Shown one piece after another: positions 56,171 to 64,000 of a stretch of 64,000 nt of DNA. Where the stretch lies: contig NC_069003.1 of NCBI RefSeq assembly GCF_001194135.2, positions 29,014,985-29,078,984 on the forward strand. Reading direction: 5' to 3'. The position numbers and the translations under genes were made by a program. Source of the DNA: Octopus bimaculoides. Taxonomy: Eukaryota. Numbering within the stretch: the stretch's first letter is position 1; every line of letters begins with the position of its first letter. The notes below the pieces were generated by a model, which searched no databases, had not been told where the DNA came from, and saw only the letters and a list, made by a program, of their open reading frames with translations.

Positions 56171-57599
56171 CCTAAAATTAATATTGATAAGTTCTACTTA
56201 ACAACAATAAAAGTGGTAGAAGTTTATTAAATGCACAAGACAACATCGGAGCAACAATCTTAGTTTTGAAAAACTATGTTGTGAAAACTGAACACACAAT
56301 GTTAACTGTAGTCTGAAATATCGATGAAGTCTCTGAAAAAGTGAGAAATTTCATAAACGATAGGAAGAAATAGCAAATCCTATCCCTGGGCTAGGAAAAA
56401 AAAAATTACGTAACCAATTAATGCAACAAGACAAAGATATTGGAATGAAGAACTCTAGTTGTGGTCGAGAATGAAATCTGAAACAATTTGTATCGCTGAT
56501 TGTAACTACTCACAAACAAGTCACTAGGACAAATTTGATAAATAGATACATGTATGCATGCATGTATGTATATGATTGTATGAGTGTGCGTGCGTGAGTG
56601 TATGTGCGTGTGTAGATGTGTGTATATGTATGAATATATATGAATATGATGATTGCTTCATTTTTTCAGACGATATACATTTCATATTCCGCCATATTGT
56701 TCCAATTTCCTTTCATCATTGAATATACCTAGACATGCCTTTTCACACCACGCATCCTTCGCCGTTTAAATTTATAGAATGCAAAACGGATCAAGAAATG
56801 AAATGAAAGTAAAAAATCTAAACGTGATTTGATTTCAGTTACGAGAGCACACACATCACTTTCGCCATTCTCTCGTTTCCCATACCAGTTTCCAATGACA
56901 AGCACTTCAAGATGTCTGATATTACTGTGAGTGCAAGTTTTTAGGTCAGAGTATCTTTCTCTTAGAAGAGCAACCTTCCCCACGAAATTTTCGCCTCGTC
57001 CATCCCTTGCAAATCTATTTAACCCATAGACTAGACCCTGACTGATAATTAATTATGATTAGGAAAAAGCGAAACCGGTTGACTCTGTCATTATTTTATC
57101 TCATAAAAAATCTATACATTCTCTGCATTTTCCTTCTTCTTATACATACATACATGCATGCATGCATACATACGTACACATACACATACATATATACATG
57201 CATATGTATGTACGTATTATGTACGCATATATGCATGTATCTAAGTATGTGCGTATGTATGTATGCACGTACGTGTGCATGTACTATTCCGTTCAGTTAA
57301 TTTTGCATTGGTATATGTTACGCGTTGTTCCAATTCCCGTTTCTCCTTGGTTGGAATTTGCGATTTTATCCCTATTAGCCAGGCTATCCTCTCTGCGAAA
57401 AGGAAATGTGAGATGAAGGTTGGACTTTAATTAAAAATATATACTGACTGTAATAGTTCTTGCAAGACCTTTCATACTACATTGTGAAAATATCGCTCAA
57501 CCTTGACTTTCAATTGTGACCAAGCCATATACCTCACACTCTAACAATAACAATAATTTCATAAATTCATTTTCAGGAGATGCGGATATTCAATAATAT

Positions 57600-57750
57600 T
57601 GTCCTCAGCGTGTGAGTAGTACTGAAATTGTATCGTCCTCGAAAGGATAAATGCAAACCTCGGCTAGGTTTGGACTTCAAACCTAAAGCGGTAGAAGAAA
57701 TGCCGCTTAGCCATGTGTCGAACACGTTAATGACACAACTAGCTCACTGC
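57600..57750 (-). mobile_element. Degenerate SINE family B copy
   Basis: gtactgaaattgtatcgtcctcgaaaggataa...gaaatgccgcttagcca...ctagctcactgcc. Confidence 0.5.
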
Positions 57751-58056
57751 CTCATTAATAAGAAAAATAATGACATTTTCTGATTTAGAGGATATACCAG
57801 CATTGGTGGGAAGTCTTTATGACTACAAGTCTTTATGGCTACAAGCCTTTATGACTAGAATCAAACCAGTATTTGACAAGCACTATATATTATCAAGCCC
57901 AGGAGAAAGTAAAGCAAAGTTTGCATCTGCGCGATTTAAAATGAGACAGTAAACATAAATAATCAACAGCCACTCCTCCTCCAATATTTCAGGCCTTATG
58001 CCTTTAGTAGAAATGATTATTAGCAAAGTGTCAACGCCTTCTGACAGTGACAGTCA

Positions 58057-58963
58057 TCAACAAGTTTGATGGGATGCTCCATTGAGGGCAATTAAAGAGA
58101 ATTCAGCAACATTTTTGTACAGAATTAAAATAGGTAATAGAAATGTAAGTAAATTAGTGAACGCCATTAGCAAGACCATCATAACTGACACGGAATCAGC
58201 CTGAAAAACCCGATGATATTTCTTTAACGCAAAACACCGAGTTAAAGCTAAAATATATGTTCTAAGACACGAGCACGAAAGCTCTTCAGTGGCCTCCGAT
58301 AGTAGAGGCACGATATTGCACCAATGCAACAAATCGGTTTTTGATGGACTAGAATGGGAACATATTATTCGATTAAAGACAGATGTGCGTGGTTTTAAAT
58401 AGCACACTTCTGAACTGCTTTGGACAAGAGATGGGTTAATTGACAATCTATCTCCGATTGTATTTCAAGTACAGTTAACCTTACTCTAGGGAGACTCGTA
58501 TGAAACTATACTTCTTAATTAATAGACCGCTTTGAATTACTGTTTTTCAATCTGATCAATTTCCTTATAATATTGGTGTCATTCCGTATCCTGTAGGTAA
58601 TTATGCATTTGTCTAATGGGACTAAATCAAATGTTTTTTGAAACACCAGCGAATAAATGAAACTTATCTGTGCTTCGATAACGCCCTCTGTTGCTGTTAC
58701 TTTCGTTGATGCTACAGTCATTACTTATTTAGTGGCTCCATTGTTGCGGCTAGAGTTTGCAGCTACAAGAATAACTGTTGTGTCAGTGAACTCTCTCTTT
58801 CTCTGACGATTTCGTTGCTGACGTCAGCGGTTTTCCTGACATCGTTGATGCTACTCTTGTTACAGTTGATGTCGTTGCTGTTGTTATCGCTGCTGCTTCT
58901 GTTGTTGCTTTCTTTACTATATATGCTGCCTCTAGTGATGTTGCTCATCACAGTCCTGGTAAG
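58057..58963 (-). pseudogene. Disabled membrane-mucin-like relic: Thr/Ala-rich stalk, SEA-like segment, EGF-like module, TM helix
   Basis: Joined frames: ATTEAAAITTATTSTVTRVAST..., ISFIYSLVFQKTFDLVPLDKCIITYR..., LSINPSLVQ, six Cys (C-x13-C-x13-C-x14-C-x-C-x10-C ending CSCLRTYILALTRC), hydrophobic VSVMMVLLMAFTNLLTFLLPILILY, short tail. Stops at 58725-58727, 58515-58517 and 58506-58508 plus frameshifts. Candidate splice acceptor (tcttctttag) next to 58963. Confidence 0.5.
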
Positions 58964-59144
58964 CTAAAGAAGATAAATCAATAAAATTAACAAAAGCTAC
59001 TCACTAGAGATAAAAACAAGACACGAAGTTTCTGAACTTCCCAGAGAATTTCAGCGACTGCATGAACAGTAACAATGACAACACTAATAATACTAAGACA
59101 GACTAATATACAAACACAAAAAACAACCCCAGAATACTAAACCG

Positions 59145-59172
59145 AACCCTAACCCTAACCCTAACCCTAACC
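59145..59172. repeat. Short interstitial telomere-like (CCCTAA)4
   Basis: aaccctaaccctaaccctaaccctaacc, with ccgaacc at each side. Confidence 0.75.
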
Positions 59173-59292
59173 GAACCTCAGAATGAACACAAAAGAAAAG
59201 AATTGAACGAAGGAAAAACTGAACATGAGAGTGACCCTTTAAGAAAAATAGAACTTACATTGAATATTTTAAGAAACAATTTGAATCATACA

Positions 59293-59700
59293 GGCGTAGG
59301 AGTGGCTTTGTGGTAAGTAGCTTGCTTACCGACCACATGGTTTTGGGTTCAGTCCCACTGCGTGGCACCTTGGGCAAGTGTCTTCTACTATAGCCTCGGG
59401 CCGACCAAGGCCTTCTGAGTGAATTTGGTAGACGGAAACTGAAAGAAGCCCGTCGTATATATACGTGTGTGTCTGTGTGTATATATGTTTGTGTGTCTGT
59501 GTTTGTCCCCCCCCCCCAACAACATTGCTTGACAACCGATGCTGGTGTTTACGTCCCTGTAACTTAGCGGTTCAGCAAAAGAGACTGATATAATAAGTAC
59601 TAGGCTTCCAAAGAATAAGTCCTGGGGTCGATTTGCTCGACTAAAGGCGGTGCTCCAGCATGGCCGCAGTAAATGACTGAAACAAGTAAAAGAGTAAAGA
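59293..59700 (+). mobile_element. tRNA-derived SINE, family A, near full-length
   Basis: A-box-like tggctttgtggtaag and B-box-like ggttcagtccc, central ccttgggcaagtgtcttctactatagcc...gacggaaactgaaagaagcccgtcg, internal (TA/TG)n, 3' gctccagcatggccgcag...gactgaaacaagtaaaagag. Other copies of the family occur in this window. Confidence 0.88.
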
Positions 59701-60213
59701 GAGTAAAAAGAGAGAGAGATCTGTAACAGCATTAGCAACAGTGGCAACAACAACGACAACAACAACAACAACAGCATCAGTAGCATTTTGTGTAGTCAAA
59801 TGTTAGAGAAAGGAGCCCATTGCAATTTTGTGGCTTTGTAATTCGCCCACTACGTTCGACTCTGACATTACACAGGCGCATTTGTTTGGATTTCACAAAT
59901 TTCCCAGAAAATTATTAAGAAAAGAATTGACTGGGAGATCTGAACAAAGTCAGGCAATGATTTAACAAGAATGGCAATAAATTCTGTCTGCCATTCAAAG
60001 AGCAACTGGAAGAAGTGCTCTATCAAACATCCTGATATAATCTCTTGATTGAGGCAGATAATGCTTACAAAACTTTACTATTTCGATGAGCGAAAAAGCT
60101 GCCGAATGCCAAAACACTGATTGGTATGTTTTGATATACTGTGATCTAGTATTTGCGTCTGACGATCAGTGATATTTGAAACTGTATGGACGGGAGACTG
60201 GCCGTCTTCGACA

Positions 60214-60766
60214 TTGTTTGAGGGTGATGCAACTGATTTCCTTGAAAACTTATTAACTCAGGATGAGTGTTGAGTTCATCGATTTGAGCCAGAAAGAAAG
60301 GGACAATCCACGCAGTGGAAACACCCCACCTCACCTGTTCCGGAGACAAACAATGTCGTTTCACCTGCAGAGAAGGTGACGACCTCAGTCTTTTGCGATG
60401 CAAAAGGCATTGAGTTTATCAATTATCTTCAAAAGGGCCATACCATCAATGGAGAGTACTGTATCCAGTTGCTGAGGCAGTTACAAAAGGCTATTAAGAT
60501 CAATGGCTGCTGTGTGTGACTGTCTTTTAACTAGTTAATCGTCCTACCCACCCCTATTTTCCTGGTTTGGCCCATCTATCATCTCTTCCCCAACATGACA
60601 CACCACTTGGCTGGGAACTACTATCGCAGTGATGATGACGTCATATCTACTGATGATGACTTTTTTTTACCAGCAGGGTGAAGGCTTATATACCAATAGG
60701 ATCCAAGCACTACAACAGCGATCTAAGATGTGCGTAAACCTCAAGGGGGACTATGCTGAGCGCTAG
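60214..60766 (+). mobile_element. Mariner transposase pseudogene (catalytic domain, internally deleted)
   Basis: LFEGDATDFLENLLTQDEC*VHRFEPERKGQSTQWKHPTSP...VFCDAKGIEFINYLQKGHTINGEYCIQLLRQLQKAIK, then a degraded HPYFPGLA (YSPDLAP-like) and YHLFPNM...IQALQQRSKMCVNLKGDYAER*. It has a stop, frameshifts and apparently lacks the HDNA segment. Confidence 0.9.
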
Positions 60767-62864
60767 CTTCTTCCGGCAGCCAACAATAACAACACTAATT
60801 TTGTGACAAGAAAGATATGATAGTTGCTGGCTTAAGTCTACAAAATGTTGGAGGAAAGCAAAAAGAGCAAAAGCCCCCCCCCCCAAAAAAAAATCATAAA
60901 AGCAGGGGAGAGAACTCAAACAATGGACAAAAACATGTAACGGTTAACGACCTCCAAGAAACAGCAGTGACATCATTCCTCTTTCAGAACAAAACTGAAT
61001 TCCGGCGAGAGATAATCAAGAAAAACAAAGAATTGATACTGACTGACCTTCGAAAGTCGAACTAAAATGTAAAAGACACATTCAAAGATTTATGGTGCAA
61101 CAGATAACGCAATTGTATTGATTATTGACATGTAAATGCATTTGGAACGTTGGAGGCAATCGAAGGAGAGAATATCGGTAGAAATAATGGAAAAAAAGTA
61201 TGACGGCGGACGCAGTCATTTTGTGAAAATGTAAGCTGTTTTTTTTTTTCACGAACTGTATGATGAAATTCAAACTGAGCGCTAGACATTATTATTCTCA
61301 ACAGTGGATCTATCGAAGTTTGTGATACTCTAAATCTACCCAGCTATTGTATTGTAACTTAACATGTGTTAAAATAGGCAAGCCTTAAATCTTTCTAGCC
61401 CTAATCCTAAACGATTTCCGCGTCATATTTTTCTGCTTAAGTCATATCCAGTTACAATGATCGTGTGTTTTCACAAACTGTTTTAATAAATCTCATCACA
61501 TACATACACTCACGCACACACAAATACGCACACGGACGCCATATATATATATATACATACACATACACACACACACATATGTGTGTGTGTCTATCACATG
61601 TGCATTTCAAACTGCTGTATTCAGAAGCAGAACATATCCCAAAACAGAAACGCAATTTAATTGAAAATGTAAGCTATATATATAATACGCATGGAATAAA
61701 AGCCACACAGATCTTATTATTCAACTGAGCAGAAATCTTATCATTAACAGCAACGATATGCGCGCACATATAAATAATCGCGGGTATAAACAATATAGTT
61801 TGACACTCTTCGTCGAACAGGAAGACTCTTGATATGCATCAATTCTCAAAGATATCGAAGGCTCCACCACTTTGCTCATAAAACTGTGGACACTCTTCCA
61901 CCATAAATTATAGAGTTCTGCAAGAAGAGGTAAGTAAAGTACCTATGCTTTGCAAAAGACACAGAGGGGTTTCTGATCCTAATAATTCACGAATTGTTGA
62001 CAGTTCTGGAAGATACTTTCGGTTAAATATTCTTCAAGTAGTGAGCTTATCCATCTACGTGTCATTTTCAGAACAGACAATAGGGCGAAAGTCCAAGTTC
62101 AAACAGTAGGCAATGCATTTCATGCACATAAGAGATGGTTGAAAAGCATTTAGGAAGAAGAATTACATGTTACTTTCATATATATATCTATGACAACTTC
62201 GAGTCTTGTTGCATTATATGAATAAGCGTTAAACGCAGATGTAACGTTTTGCAATATATGTTTGGTTGAGATTTTCATGAACTTAAATCTCCACTTGATG
62301 CAAAAGCCTACAGAAAAAAATGTAAAGTTTATCTTCTAGAGGTTATTGAGACGAAGACCTTAAAATTTAGCACCCAAGGTAGACAATCCAGCTCTTACAT
62401 AGGCGACAGAAAACAACAACGAAATATATATGCATATATATATANNNNNNNNNNNNNNNNNNNNNNNNNNNNNNNNNNNNNNNNNNNNNNNNNNNNNNNN
62501 NNNNNNNNNNNNNNNNNNNNNNNNNNNNNNNNNNNNNNNNNNNNNNNNNNNNNNNNNNNNNNNNNNNNNNNNNNNNNNNNNNNNNNNNNNNNNNNNTGTG
62601 TGTGTGTGTGCGTGTGTGTGTGTGTGTGTATGTATATATAAAGGAGACCACTAGGTGGACTGTTAATATGCTACAAGAAGATAACATGTAATGTGTCTAC
62701 TAAGAACGAATTGTTCTCAATTCGGTCTTAGTAGACACATTACATGTGATCTTCTTCTAGCACATTATATATATATATATATATATACAATATATATGCT
62801 TATGCAATAATCCTTTGAGATCTCAGATATTTCTTCTGAATCTCCATAAGTATATTTATATATA

Positions 62865-62975
62865 TTTATTCGAATGTGCCGAAAAGTCCCTGGCTCTGGG
62901 TAAAAAAAAATACAGGAGGATCAATTAAATAAGATTTTATTCAACATAGTCTTCTCTCAGATTCACACACTAATT
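62865..62975 (-). mobile_element. Mariner 3' end / terminal region relic
   Basis: gtgccgaaaagtccctggct...gattttattcaacatagtcttctctcag resembles a reverse-oriented mariner end; on the minus strand gactatgttgaataa reads D-Y-V-E-stop, the usual mariner C-terminus. Confidence 0.55.
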
Positions 62976-63489
62976 GTCCTTTATTAGAACTCGGATGTTT
63001 GGCCTTTCACGACGTATTTAAAGTCAGGATTCTTTGAGCACCAAAGAGGCTGTAGTCGGAACGGGAGTGGGATGGGAATCTCCGCATCTAAATACATCCG
63101 AGTAATGCTGAATGCCACGATGGTACCTCTTCGTATTCCTGAGTGTTTCAGTGACAAAGAGAAGCAAAGCAGGCCGTATATATTTATATATACTCATTAA
63201 TCAATACATCGACACACATACTCTCTTCCACACGCGGACATAAACCAGACGCAATACACATATACATACACACATACATATATGCACACACACACGCACA
63301 TATACGTGTGTGTGTTACTAGAAATAGCTCAATACTTATATCTGAAAATCTAGTGCGTATTCTGGCAATATCTGCCGTTGAACGTCAAAAATGGACGTAA
63401 AGAAATCAAGACCAGCCGTCAAACGGTAGAGCGTTGTATGAATACAAAACATGCCCGTACGCAGTCAGACCACACTAAAAAATATGCAT

Positions 63490-63650
63490 ACACGATGGGC
63501 TTCCATACAGTTTCCATGTACCAAATTCACTTGCAACATAGTGTTCAGCCCTAAAGGATATTGGAATACACGTGCCCAATATTCCATGCAGTGCGATTGA
63601 ACCCGAAAGCTCGTGGCAGCAGAGCAGGGTTCTTAACCATGCAGCCAGTT
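63490..63650 (-). mobile_element. SINE family A 5' half
   Basis: gggcttccatacagtttccatgtaccaaattcac...cacgtgcccaa...gcagtgcgattgaaccc matches the reverse complement of the head and core. Confidence 0.65.
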
Positions 63651-63799
63651 ATTAAGCTTAACTATAGATTCAGATTGGTGAACCTTCACCTGTCAGATTG
63701 TCTCCTGATGAAATACGTGATGCTGATGTTTTAAACATCAGCGTAGTATCAATTTGAATAGGCTAAATAAAAAAACAAGATTATATGAACAGAGCGCTT

Positions 63800-63910
63800 T
63801 GGGACATAGTCTCACTGCGCTGTATCTACGCCAAGCGGCTTCTACTACAGCCCTGGGCCTACAAGTACATTGTGAGTGAATTTGGTAGTCGGAAACTGTG
63901 CAGAAACCAG
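63800..63910 (+). mobile_element. SINE family A core fragment
   Basis: cttctactacagccctgggcc...gtgagtgaatttggtagtcggaaactg. Confidence 0.6.
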
Positions 63911-63968
63911 TGTGAGTGTGTCTGTGTGTGCATGAGTGTATATATGTAAGTATGTATTTATGTATGTA

Positions 63969-64000
<32 letters not shown>

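Noticed and set aside
58057-58446. GPCR reading of the 129-aa ORF (TDLL..P, ALTRCF)
   Set aside because: The spacing between the TM2-like and DRY-like motifs is far too short; six Cys plus one TM helix fit EGF-TM better.
61860-61935. Strong splice donor aag|gtaagt; similar isolated donors near 835 and 34653
   Set aside because: No convincing acceptor with an open exon frame; such sites are expected by chance in 64 kb.

Overview
AT-rich animal genomic DNA, dense in microsatellites, with many N gaps that mostly sit next to (AT)n or (CA)n runs. The tRNA-derived SINE families, compound microsatellites and mariner relics look like an octopus (cephalopod) draft assembly; this is inferred from repeat content only. 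I find no intact protein-coding gene, rRNA, true tRNA or CRISPR array, and nearly all long ORFs in the track are microsatellite or gap artefacts. The window is intergenic or intronic repeat landscape. It contains many copies of at least four SINE-like families, a decayed hAT-like DDE transposase (18590-19670, minus), two different mariner transposase relics plus a mariner end, a Tc1/pogo-type MITE, a Gypsy-type RT scrap and several near-perfect hairpins. The best non-repeat signal is a disabled minus-strand relic at 58057-58963 reading mucin-like stalk, SEA-like segment, six-Cys EGF-like module and a transmembrane helix. Weaker relics resemble sushi/CCP, cadherin and EGF modules. All domain calls are by eye from manual translation and need profile searches.
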